64,000 nucleotides of DNA from the NCBI GenBank assembly GCA_050010755.1, contig JBEKKK010000001.1, positions 1,344,001 through 1,408,000 of the forward strand, written 5' to 3'. The position numbers were made by a program, and so were the translations under genes. The stretch comes from Candidatus Bathyarchaeia archaeon (GTDB lineage Archaea > Thermoproteota > Bathyarchaeia > Bathyarchaeales > Bathycorpusculaceae). Shown in pieces: positions 9,523 through 18,881 of the stretch (positions within the stretch are counted from its first letter, which is position 1; every line of letters starts with the position of its first letter). The notes below the pieces were generated by a model that ran no database searches, was not told where the DNA came from, and saw only the letters and a list, made by a program, of their open reading frames with translations.

Positions 9523-10254
9523 ATGACAATTGAGAATTGTGCATATTGCAGGGGAACAGGTAAAGATCCCAACACAGGCCTTATTAGCAAATTTAGGCCC
9601 TGTCCAGTTTGTAATGGGCACGGTGAGCGTACCATTGAGGTTCCCATAGACCAACTGAAGCACTGTCCTTATTGCAGTGGAACAGGTAAAGATCCCAACA
9701 CAGGCCTTATTAGCAATTATGAGCCCTGTCCAACTTGCGGAGGTTGGGGTCGAATTGCGAGATCTACATGCGATTCTTCTAAAAAGAAGGAAGAACCAAG
9801 TCCAGATTTGGGCAAGAGCAAACTTCAATTCTCAAATAGGATATTCATCGTTCATGGAAGAGACAGATTGCCAGCACTTGAACTCAAAGTGCTTGTTGAG
9901 GACAAGTACCCGATAGAAGCTATCCTTTTAGAAGAAAAGGCTCATCAAGGCAAGACTCTTGTTGAGAAATTGGAGAAATACTCTGATGTGAATTATGCGT
10001 TCATAATCATCACTCCAGATGACGTCGGATCATTGAAAGGCGAGCCTCTCAAAGAAAGGGGGCGCCAAAATGTTATTTTTGAATGGGGAGTTTTTCTAGG
10101 CAAAATAGGAAGGAGTAACACGTGCCTTCTAATCAAAGGAGATGGGGAAATTCCTTCAGATTTGCACGGAGTCGGATTCTACAGATTCAATGAGAGCGTA
10201 AAAGAGTGTTTTCTAGACATAGATAATGAACTCAAAGGAGCCAAAATAGTCTAG
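9523..10254 (+). CDS. DnaJ-type cysteine-rich zinc finger fused to a TIR-like (CAP12/PycTIR family) domain
   Basis: Four CxxCxGxG motifs; RIFIVHGRD...GKTLVEKLE...TPDDVG...RQNVIFEWG. Confidence 0.88.
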   Translation: MTIENCAYCRGTGKDPNTGLISKFRPCPVCNGHGERTIEVPIDQLKHCPYCSGTGKDPNTGLISNYEPCPTCGGWGRIARSTCDSSKKKEEPSPDLGKSKLQFSNRIFIVHGRDRLPALELKVLVEDKYPIEAILLEEKAHQGKTLVEKLEKYSDVNYAFIIITPDDVGSLKGEPLKERGRQNVIFEWGVFLGKIGRSNTCLLIKGDGEIPSDLHGVGFYRFNESVKECFLDIDNELKGAKIV

Positions 10255-10477
10255 CGCGCGCTCAAGTCACTTCGCTCCTTTCGCCGAAACTAAACCGTGC
10301 ACTATCCAAGAAATAGACGGAATCAGACTATGCAGAAAACGCAAATGAACTCAAACCTCCTCTTTCTCTAATTACCAAAACAGAGCGTCAGTTAGTCTCG
10401 TTGCCATCTGGTGGCAATCAGAAGGTTTTAAGAACTAGTTCCAAGGATGCTATAAGTGAGTTCTAGGAGACAATAGC

Positions 10478-10882
10478 ATGGAAAAAGAACTGCTCTTCGA
10501 AGCCAAAGAGAACGCCACCTCATTTAACATCAAGGAATTCAGCCCAGAAGGCGCGAAGATCGACATCACCCTTACGGGAAAAATCAACGGAAAGGTGAAA
10601 GGGACAATCATAACCACACACACTGTCCTCATGAAGCCTGACGGCACATCGAAAATCGATCACAGATCAGTCATCTTCAGCAACGGCGAGCCAATCTTCG
10701 TAATGGGAACTGGCATGGGGAAAATCGTGAACCCCGCTCCTGTGCGGGACGTTGAGGAAGACCTGACATTCCAGACACCATCTCAAAAACTGGCATATCT
10801 CAATACGACTAAGGGCTGGTCAAAGGGTCCCTTCAACCCCGAAACGGGCGAATACAACTTCAAGGTCTACGCCGTCAAGTAA
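10478..10882 (+). CDS. Hypothetical beta-rich protein
   Basis: 134-aa ORF with upstream AGGAG. Confidence 0.7.
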   Translation: MEKELLFEAKENATSFNIKEFSPEGAKIDITLTGKINGKVKGTIITTHTVLMKPDGTSKIDHRSVIFSNGEPIFVMGTGMGKIVNPAPVRDVEEDLTFQTPSQKLAYLNTTKGWSKGPFNPETGEYNFKVYAVK

Positions 10883-11142
10883 CGCGCAACACAACTTTTC
10901 AAAAAACGCAAATAACCCTCCTTTTTCTATGACCAACAGAACCAACACACTTCATCGCGCGCGCTAATAGCATTTTAAACAAGAATCAATTTGGCTCGTG
11001 AGCCTTCGGCTCACTCGCCCGTTCCAGACGATACGCCAAAAATGCCGATACGCTCAAAAACTGCTTGCACAAGTCTAAGCGAGGCGCGCGCTAGTTACCC
11101 TAATGTTTATCCTTTTGACAGATCATTAGTAGAAGTGAATAA

Positions 11143-11692
11143 TATGGAAAAGAAAGCTGTACTTATAACAACCTTGTGCGCTATGATTGTAGTTGTCATC
11201 TTTTTCCAGTTCATCCTGTTCAACACTTCGCTACCAAAAGACTACACGACATATTACAGCGAGTTCAACAAGACTCCCACGCTTGCATACAACTACTCCT
11301 TGTCTCCTCCAGTTTCCGTATACCAAGCGTTGTTGATAGCTCTAAATAGCCGATACTGGAACCGAGAATCCCTCGAAAATTTCAGCGTCTACATCGAGCT
11401 TGACTACTGGGCATACTTTACGAACCTTTCCCCTCCGAACGGAGTGTTGGAATTGGGTGGCGCAACTTACAGGTCGACTGGCAAACCCATAAGCGGAACG
11501 GCTATAATAAATACGGTGACACAACCGCCCGCGGATTGGTTACCTCAACAAATCGACAACATCACTTACCGATACGTCTGGACAATCAACGTCCAATATG
11601 TGATCCATCCCAATGATAAGATTCCTATTGTGCCTAGCTTGCCTTTTCAGTTTCAAGTTGACGCCGCAACCGCAGAATTAATTGAGCCATAA
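11143..11692 (+). CDS. Membrane-anchored hypothetical protein with a PepSY-like C-terminus
   Basis: MEKK plus TM helix; ends with FQVDAATAELI. Confidence 0.65.
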
Positions 11693-11960
11693 ACACGTTA
11701 AGCGTGCACGAAACGAAAAATCAAGAAAACGCCCAAGTCCTCGGCGACATAAGCCTTTCCCCTTCGCTCCGCTCAGGGTGCGCCTCCTTCGCAACTTTTT
11801 ACTGATGCAAAATATCCCACAAGGTCGCGCGCGCTACAAAAAAAGGCGAAATGCCAATCGAACGCCAAAGGAACAGCAACAATAACGCCACAAACAACCC
11901 GCTATACTCTCGCTAACAGGAACGAATTAACTAACACACGCTACAACAACAGAACACACA

Positions 11961-12034
11961 ACAGAACAAACAACGACAGAACAAACAACGACAGAACAAA
12001 CAACGACAGAACAAACAACGACAGAACAAACAAC
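11961..12034 (+). repeat. Tandem repeat, 15-bp unit ACAGAACAAACAACG, about 5 copies
   Basis: Perfect units at 11961, 11976, 11991 and 12006, partial unit at 12021, degenerate flanks. Confidence 0.95.
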
Positions 12035-12233
12035 AAACAACAGTAAACAACAGAACGCTATAAACACCCGCCGTTTTAACGCTCAGTAAAGTAACGCGGA
12101 AATCCAACAGAGCAACAAGCCGCCCGCACAGCGCGCGCTACTGACAGCTCAAGCAAGCCATCAACATCAACAAACCAAGCAAAGCTAGAAGCATTAGATG
12201 CTTCGCAAACTAATTTAGGAACAACCATGCGCG

Positions 12234-13031
12234 CTATTTCTTCGAATTGTGTATTAGATAATTGACAACAAAACCAAGTGCCATGAATGTAAACCCAACA
12301 GCATCTACCAATATACCTATCGTTTGGTAAGGATATACTCGGCGCGGAATCGATAAAACATCGGCGTGACTATATTGCATCTCGAAATAGGATGCCGCAA
12401 CCAAGCCAATCGCCAAAAGAAATATCCCCAAAATCAACAATACGTTGCTTCTCGCTAGCGCCCGCGCGCTGGTTGCCTCATTAACTAAGAAGGCACACAG
12501 AAACATTGCTATTGCAGGGTAAACAAGGTAGTAGCCTAGTTGATATCCTGCGAAAAATATATTGCCCGCCTGTATGAGGGCGCTCACGCACGTCATCAGA
12601 ACGACAACTAGTAGGCTAAGAAGAACTGGTGCAAGCAGTAATGTTTTTCTTTTGAATTTGATTGAAACCAAGCCTAGGACTAACGTGAGAAGTTGAGCTA
12701 TAAACATCATTGGTATAAACACCGACGCTGAATCAAAAGTAGATTCAACGTAATTGCTCGCCCAGTAATTATAGAACCATACCGTCTGCGCTAGCGTGCG
12801 CGAGCCAGAACTATAGAAAAAGAATTGGGTGGCCCTAGTCATGTACGACGAGTAATAGTTTGACCAGTTTTGACCAGACACAAAGCCATCAGACACCTGG
12901 ACACCATACCATTGAAGATAGAAGAACGGCAAAATGAAAGAAAATAGAAAAAGGAGGCATCCCACAACTGTGAATGTCTTTCTAAGGGTACCGCCAGTCC
13001 AATGTCCAACTGTTTTCTCAAGATAACTCAA
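12234..13031 (-). CDS. Multi-pass membrane protein
   Basis: About 6 hydrophobic segments; LPFF...GYYL pattern. Confidence 0.75.
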   Translation of the reverse strand: MSYLEKTVGHWTGGTLRKTFTVVGCLLFLFSFILPFFYLQWYGVQVSDGFVSGQNWSNYYSSYMTRATQFFFYSSGSRTLAQTVWFYNYWASNYVESTFDSASVFIPMMFIAQLLTLVLGLVSIKFKRKTLLLAPVLLSLLVVVLMTCVSALIQAGNIFFAGYQLGYYLVYPAIAMFLCAFLVNEATSARALARSNVLLILGIFLLAIGLVAASYFEMQYSHADVLSIPRRVYPYQTIGILVDAVGFTFMALGFVVNYLIHNSKK

Positions 13032-13283
13032 GTTAATCTAAAAGAAATATTACTAGAGCACCTTAAAAGGGCTATTGTTAAGAACAGCATTGCCAAAATC
13101 ATGTCATGCGCGCGCTCTTCGCATTCTTTTATCTTCTTTTCACTTATCCCCAAACCCACCAGATGGAATGATTGGGCGTATATTCATAAGCCGTTACAAG
13201 CGCACGCTCCCCGCAGTCCTAAAAAGTTGCTCAGTCGGGAAAGGCATATTGTCGCCTCGTCAAAGACGAATTAGGAATGTGGG

Positions 13284-13526
13284 TTGAATTACATGACAAA
13301 CCAAACAAACGAAACCCAAAAAAGAACATGTAAAGAAATAGAACACGGGAGACTGAGGACAGAAATAGAAATTCCCAAACTCCCAGAAAGGGCAAAAACT
13401 ATGAATGAAGAAACCAAACCCGAAACCAAGGATCAACCACAAACCAAAAACCAACAAGAAACACCAAAACCAGAATTACTTGTACTAAAGACGGGTTACG
13501 GCCAACACGCCAGCCTTTTTCGCTAA
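13284..13526 (+). CDS. Small hydrophilic ORF running through attR
   Basis: 80-aa ORF; the att core encodes its GYGQHAS segment; start uncertain (13293 or 13401). Confidence 0.4.
   Translation: MNYMTNQTNETQKRTCKEIEHGRLRTEIEIPKLPERAKTMNEETKPETKDQPQTKNQQETPKPELLVLKTGYGQHASLFR
13492..13515 (+). repeat. attR core (duplicated rnpB 3' end)
   Basis: Identical to 4940-4963 and followed by TTTTT. Confidence 0.9.
13516..13520 (+). terminator. Oligo-T tract, probably the original rnpB terminator
   Basis: TTTTT directly after the duplicated rnpB 3' end. Confidence 0.45.
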
Positions 13527-13761
13527 CCCGCCTCATTTTTACTTCCTCTTCGCGCGCGCTAATCTTCCCATTCTTCGATAATATTTACCAAACGGTTTCA
13601 CCTTGGACTATGTTGGCGCAGGAGTTTAAGGGAATTCTGGCACTGATAAAGCACAGTGTGCTTTAGAAGGCTGTACAAATATTGCAAGTTCGACCGCGCG
13701 CGTTTCAGAAATACTATTATCTGGGTTTGATCTGTCCTTTTCCAACTGGGAGATATGTGCT

Positions 13762-14034
13762 ATGAATATTGGGGTTTGGGAAGTTGGGGTACGCGTTGGC
13801 TTGGTGTTGGCCACCGGCTTGTTGTTTGCAGTCATGTTTTCGGCTTATCGCCGCGCAAAAGGCCGCAAAATGCTGTTGATCACTACAGGCTTTGGAGTGT
13901 TCTTTGTAGATGGATTGATCTCACTGCCTGAGCTAGTCAACGAAACGTATGCGATGGCCATGACTGAAGAAATGCATATGCTCATTCAGATAATAGGCCT
14001 TGTATTCATTTTGATTGGTATCTTGCAGGAATAG
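13762..14034 (+). CDS. Small three-TM membrane protein
   Basis: SAYRR...LLITTGFGVF pattern; immediately upstream of a wHTH regulator. Confidence 0.75.
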   Translation: MNIGVWEVGVRVGLVLATGLLFAVMFSAYRRAKGRKMLLITTGFGVFFVDGLISLPELVNETYAMAMTEEMHMLIQIIGLVFILIGILQE

Positions 14035-14040
14035 TCCGAC

Positions 14041-14598
14041 ATGTTCAAGAACGAGATTCTGGAGAACGAAAGAAGACGCAAGATATACGCACTGATAGAG
14101 GCCAATCCAAGCGTTCATCTTAGGGAACTGCAGAGGATGATGAATATGCCTCTGGCCACGTTGGAGTATCATCTGGATTACATGTTGCGTAAGAAAGTAC
14201 TTTTCGCCGAATCGGATGCGTATCACAAGCGATATTACACGAAGCCTGTTGACGCGGCTGACAAGAAGGTACTTTGTTCACTTAGACAGACCAGAATGCG
14301 GGAAATCATCCTCATAGTCCTCGCAAACACCAAACCCAAATACCAGTTTCTATCAGACTGCATGAAAATTCCTCACTCAACTCTCTCATTTTACCTCAAA
14401 CACCTGATCGACGACAATATACTGGCGAAAGAAAGAATCGGCTACGACACATTTTACACCGTACGGGACGAAGATCGAATCGTGAGGTTGTTGGTAGCCT
14501 ACAAGTCAAGTTTTCTGGACAAGATCGTGGACAGAACTCTGAAAACATGGATAGAAACGCGATTCCGCAGTGAACCTGAAAACGCTCAGGCGACCTAG
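14041..14598 (+). CDS. Archaeal double winged-helix transcriptional regulator
   Basis: RRKIY.LI..NP.VHLREL.R...TLEYHL, and a second STLSFYLK.L. Confidence 0.88.
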   Translation: MFKNEILENERRRKIYALIEANPSVHLRELQRMMNMPLATLEYHLDYMLRKKVLFAESDAYHKRYYTKPVDAADKKVLCSLRQTRMREIILIVLANTKPKYQFLSDCMKIPHSTLSFYLKHLIDDNILAKERIGYDTFYTVRDEDRIVRLLVAYKSSFLDKIVDRTLKTWIETRFRSEPENAQAT

Positions 14599-14700
14599 CC
14601 CAGCATTTGTACTAGTCCCATCCAACATTCGTCCGACTCTTCTTATAAAGGCGCGCGCTTGTGTGGTGACAATTAAGGAAACGTATTTAGAGAATAGGGG

Positions 14701-15807
14701 GTGAAAAAGGTGGAAAGAAAAATCTTGGCAATTTTGAGCATTGCAGTTGCAATCTTCGCGGTATTTGCAGTGGCGAGTGTAGCAAGTGCAGGACTTAAAA
14801 ATGTTGGAGCCATCTACACCATCGATAATGCCGCAGCAGGAAACAACGTCCTATACTACAGCAGAGCAGCAGACGGATCAATCACATATGTTAGTTCTTT
14901 CTCGACTAATGGGTTGGGAACAGGAACGAAACTTGCAAGCCAAGGCGCAGTGGTCCTTACAGAAGATGGGCGCTTCTTGCTTGTAGTTGACGCTGGAAGC
15001 AACGAAATCTCAGTTTTCAAGGTGCAAAGCAACGGATTGACTTACTCGAGTAAGGCGGGTTCCAATGGGACTATGCCGATAAGCTTAACCGTCTACGAGA
15101 ACTGGGTGTATGTGCTGGATGCTGGCGGATCTGGAAACATAGCAGGATTCACGCTGAGCAAATCTGGCGTATTGACCTACATACCCGGCTCGAATCAGCC
15201 TCTAAGCGGTGCATCTACACCTTCGCCTGAGCAGATAGGGTTCAGCCCTGACGGAAACGTGTTAGTCGTAACAGAAAAAGGCACTAACACCATCGATACG
15301 TACATGGTCGGCACTAATGGAGTAGCCAGCGCCCCGACAACTCATGCCTCCAATGCTTTTGGACCATACGGATTTGCCTTCACTGATGATGACAAACTGG
15401 TTCTTAGCGAAGCAGCAAACAATACATTGTCTTCATACATCATTTCTGACCAAGGTGACTTGAGAACTATCAGCGGTGCTATGCCAACTTTTGGCAATGC
15501 ACCCTGCTGGGTCACAATAAATGATAAGGGCAGCTTTGCCTACACGACCAACGCGCATGGGGGAACTATATCGACGTTCTCAATCTCGTGGAATGGGGGC
15601 ATAACCTTGCTAAGTTCTGTAGCTGCGACAATCAATGTTCCGGCACTTGACATGGCTTTCAGCCATCATAGTCAGTTCCTTTACGTGCTCAATGGCAACA
15701 GCCCTGCAGGCATCACAGGATTCAAAGTGTACCCAGATGGAAGTTTGTCGCAGGTAACATCAGTGAGCGGAATCGCTGGATCTGCTGCAGGATTGGCGGC
15801 ATCTTAA
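14701..15807 (+). CDS. Secreted lactonase-family beta-propeller protein
   Basis: Signal peptide; repeated DGRFLLVVDAGSNEISVF-type blades. Confidence 0.85.
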   Translation: MKKVERKILAILSIAVAIFAVFAVASVASAGLKNVGAIYTIDNAAAGNNVLYYSRAADGSITYVSSFSTNGLGTGTKLASQGAVVLTEDGRFLLVVDAGSNEISVFKVQSNGLTYSSKAGSNGTMPISLTVYENWVYVLDAGGSGNIAGFTLSKSGVLTYIPGSNQPLSGASTPSPEQIGFSPDGNVLVVTEKGTNTIDTYMVGTNGVASAPTTHASNAFGPYGFAFTDDDKLVLSEAANNTLSSYIISDQGDLRTISGAMPTFGNAPCWVTINDKGSFAYTTNAHGGTISTFSISWNGGITLLSSVAATINVPALDMAFSHHSQFLYVLNGNSPAGITGFKVYPDGSLSQVTSVSGIAGSAAGLAAS

Positions 15808-16119
15808 GAGCTGCAAAAACAAAAAATCTAACTCTCTCCTCTTTTTTAGCATATGGGAAAGATGTAAGACATAGTGCGTCAATGTTTTGTTGATATAGCT
15901 GTTCATTATTCTCTCAAGCTTCTGGATTCTGACGCGCTCTCGAGTGTTGCTAAAGGAGATGCAGAACGTTTTCTTTGAAAGCTTCAAGCGTTGGAGTTGT
16001 TGGTGCACATTGGAAGATTATGTAAGAGATTCCAGTTTCGTCTTTCTCGAGGCGCGCGCGTTTTGCATACGTTGACTCACCAGAAAGCTTATGCATCAAT
16101 CCCGTGATTTTGATACTAA

Positions 16120-16599
16120 GTGATTTGTTTGGCGAAAGAAGAACTGAAACCACTTGAAGTTGTGCCATATGTCGAGCTGAATAAATATCTAGGTAAATGG
16201 TATGAGATTGCACATCTTCCCTTTAGGTTTGAAAATGGTTGTACTGACATAACAGCGACTTACAGCTTATCTAAAGATGGCAACGTTTCCGTACTCAATG
16301 AATGCCTGAGAGATGGCAAGCTGAAACAGGCAAATGGGAAGGCAAAAGTGGTTGACAAAAATTCTGGAGCAAAACTTAAGGTAACATTCTTCTGGCCGTT
16401 CTCTGCTGATTATTGGATTATAGATCTAGGAAATGACTACGACTACGCCGTTGTAGGGACACCAAACCGCAAGTATCTATGGATATTGAGCAGAACCCCC
16501 CAAATGGATGACAACCTATTTTCCCAATTAGTTGAATCTGTAAAGTCAAAAGGTTTCGATATTAACAAACTGATCAAAACCAGCCATAAAGGAAACTGA
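16120..16599 (+). CDS. blc: Lipocalin (Blc family)
   Basis: YLGKWYEIA, YWIIDL..DY.YAVVG, YLWILSRTP. Confidence 0.92.
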   Translation: MICLAKEELKPLEVVPYVELNKYLGKWYEIAHLPFRFENGCTDITATYSLSKDGNVSVLNECLRDGKLKQANGKAKVVDKNSGAKLKVTFFWPFSADYWIIDLGNDYDYAVVGTPNRKYLWILSRTPQMDDNLFSQLVESVKSKGFDINKLIKTSHKGN

Positions 16600-16633
16600 T
16601 TTCATAATCGTAGCGCGCGCTTAAAGTAATTCT

Positions 16634-17089
16634 TTACTCGCTCTGCCTGCGATGAAGCGAGGTCAAGATGAGCATAAGCCCCGTGCAGCAACACAGGAAA
16701 CCTTTCAAGATCCAAGTTGAATAAAACAGGTTGTCCAAGGCAGCGAATTTAGCCACTTCTGGAATAATAAACCTAGTTGCGTCCTCGCTCCGATAAGCTA
16801 GGGCAAGAAAGATAGTAAACAATCCGTATAGGATGACAATGAAAGAGAGACGGAAAATCACGTTTGCTTCTTTATCTGTTCCTTCTCGCTTTAGATAGCC
16901 ATTGAGATAAAAACCTATTCCAATTGCTAAGAGCGCCATCATTGATACGTTCCAAGCTATACCGGGTTGAGGGGACTGAAGATACAGATCGAGTTGCCAA
17001 CCCGCCAACGGCAAAACCACTGTTACAGCACAGAGGGAAAAGACAGGCGTTAGCAGAATCAGATTTGAACCGGCAAGAAACTGTCGCAA
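16634..17089 (-). CDS. Four-TM hypothetical membrane protein
   Basis: Four hydrophobic segments. Confidence 0.6.
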   Translation of the reverse strand: MRQFLAGSNLILLTPVFSLCAVTVVLPLAGWQLDLYLQSPQPGIAWNVSMMALLAIGIGFYLNGYLKREGTDKEANVIFRLSFIVILYGLFTIFLALAYRSEDATRFIIPEVAKFAALDNLFYSTWILKGFLCCCTGLMLILTSLHRRQSE

Positions 17090-17267
17090 CTCTTTGCCCC
17101 ATCAATCTTCTGCCGCCTGCCGCTTTAAAGGTTTGTCGCGCGCGCTAAAATCGAAAAAACCGAAATAAATAACGCGCCCATCAGTGCGCGCTAGGCAAGT
17201 TTTCAGAGATAGAGCGCAGCGTTCAAGACGTTAGAAAGGACATTCAAGAACTGAAGAAAACAATCTC

Positions 17268-17786
17268 TTAAGTATGCGCAGTTTGATTTGTGTCATTTTT
17301 CTTACACTCCTTGCAACGCATAGGTTTTATGGGTTTGAAAGGAACTTCAAATAGCTTTCCACAATTACTGCACACAGTGTGATACATTGTCTTAGGAGCT
17401 GTTGAAAAATAGGTTTTGACTCTTTCTGTCGAGAAGTATGCGAAGGAGAAGAAGGGGTACAGGACAAGGTACGCTATTATCGGAATGAAGATGGTAGACG
17501 GGCCGACCCAGTAGACTAGCCAGATGTCGAAGAGGATGAGCAGAACCCAAGAGGCCATCGACAGAAAATAGCCTGCGCGCATTCCTAGAAATATGAGAAC
17601 AGTATCCGCAATGAACAATGTGCCGAACGCGGCGGTCAGCCCTATGAGCGTAAGCACTGGCGTTGAGGGTTCTCCTACCTGTGCCCATACAGAAAGAAAG
17701 AAAATTGCGATTAACCATGCTCCAATAGCGGTTAACACGGTGAACAGGCACACCAGAGTGACCCCAACTGGCTGGACTCTCTCCAC
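17268..17786 (-). CDS. Four-TM membrane protein with a C-terminal CxxC..CxxC zinc ribbon
   Basis: QPVGVTL...VKTYF followed by CSNCGKLFEVPFKP....CKEC. Confidence 0.75.
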   Translation of the reverse strand: MERVQPVGVTLVCLFTVLTAIGAWLIAIFFLSVWAQVGEPSTPVLTLIGLTAAFGTLFIADTVLIFLGMRAGYFLSMASWVLLILFDIWLVYWVGPSTIFIPIIAYLVLYPFFSFAYFSTERVKTYFSTAPKTMYHTVCSNCGKLFEVPFKPIKPMRCKECKKNDTNQTAHT

Positions 17787-18210
17787 AGCGTCACCAAAAG
17801 TTACATTTGTTTCCGAAGATAAAAACTTTAAGCGACAGCCAGAAAAAAAGTTTTTCAGAACAAGGCTGGACGGAGACTGTGTTTTGCGAATGAAGCTGCC
17901 AGCAGGCTCTGTTCAGACTCGAAACTCACTCATAACAACATGTAAACTCACTGTACAGTTGCCCATCTGCAGGACGATTTCAGGATTAACCCGTTTAACG
18001 ATGCGGGAGAACGCAGTAACCGCTTCGGTCCAGCCCGCGCTCACAACTGCCAAAACTCTCCAGACTCATCAACAAGCGCACAGGAGCCGAGAAGATGATT
18101 GCCGTCAACACAGCAGACCACGTTAAACACGCCTTGCCACTTCACATCCCATTTTCGAAAAAATTCATTCAACACGCCAATTATTTAACTCACCCGCGCG
18201 CACTGCGATT

Positions 18211-18786
18211 CTACGTTGGCAGAGGGGGAAAAGGTTGGGGTGGTATTATTGCCTCAACGGGCTTTGGCACGCGCTCTCTAGTTAGTGCGGCAAACATCAT
18301 AATCGCGGCAACCAAGGCCAGCCAAAAACCGAAAGATAGGTACGACGAGTAATCCATGGATATTCCAAGGTAGCCGTATGAACCACTGGAGAACAAACCT
18401 GCTCCTGTTGGGATCCCCGTAACCAAAGACCCATTTGAAATCTGGCTTTGCAATCCCGCAGCGAATATAATAATCGAAAACAAAGCAAGTATCCCGCCAA
18501 GTGAAAGCACAATCCTTCTTCCATTAGCAATGACACTACCTGCCAAACCCAGCAAGCCGCCTAACACCACAAATGCCAAGGCAATCGAACAATACCAAGG
18601 AAGATTCGTTGAAGCGGATAATGATATACCTGTTATGGTCACTCTCGTTTGGTATAGGTACAGAGCAACCTGATCAGAGAGGTTCATTCCCATGCCTGAA
18701 CTCGAAATGCCCATAGCCCACCACGGTAACACCAAGCTAATGAAAGCCAATATGCCTCCGATAAAACCTGAATAGTTAATTCTCAA
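18211..18786 (-). CDS. Four-TM membrane protein
   Basis: LPWW...GFWLAL pattern; Pro-rich tail. Confidence 0.75.
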   Translation of the reverse strand: MRINYSGFIGGILAFISLVLPWWAMGISSSGMGMNLSDQVALYLYQTRVTITGISLSASTNLPWYCSIALAFVVLGGLLGLAGSVIANGRRIVLSLGGILALFSIIIFAAGLQSQISNGSLVTGIPTGAGLFSSGSYGYLGISMDYSSYLSFGFWLALVAAIMMFAALTRERVPKPVEAIIPPQPFPPLPT

Positions 18787-18881
18787 ATTGCGCCCCCCAC
18801 TCTACAATGTCGCGCGCGCTGTCCTCGATTTTAATCGAATTCATTTTCATATAAAACTTTCTAAGGCGCGCGCTACGAAGC

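Larger units (their letters stand above)
4940..13515 (+). mobile_element. Integrated element (about 8.55 kb) inserted at the 3' end of rnpB
   Basis: 24-bp perfect direct repeat CGGGTTACGGCCAACACGCCAGCC at both ends; tyrosine recombinase next to the left copy; abrupt change to A/C-rich sequence. Confidence 0.88.

Noticed and set aside
7756-10254. Assigning the TIR genes to CBASS, Pycsar or Thoeris
   Set aside because: No CD-NTase, PycC or ThsA-like gene nearby; the only cyclase-like gene (CYTH, 56458) is 46 kb away in a polyP context.
11961-12034. Possible CRISPR array
   Set aside because: Units are contiguous 15-mers with no unique spacers, and there are no cas genes in the window.
4940-13515. 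Provirus
   Set aside because: No capsid, packaging ATPase, primase/helicase or Rep gene is recognisable.
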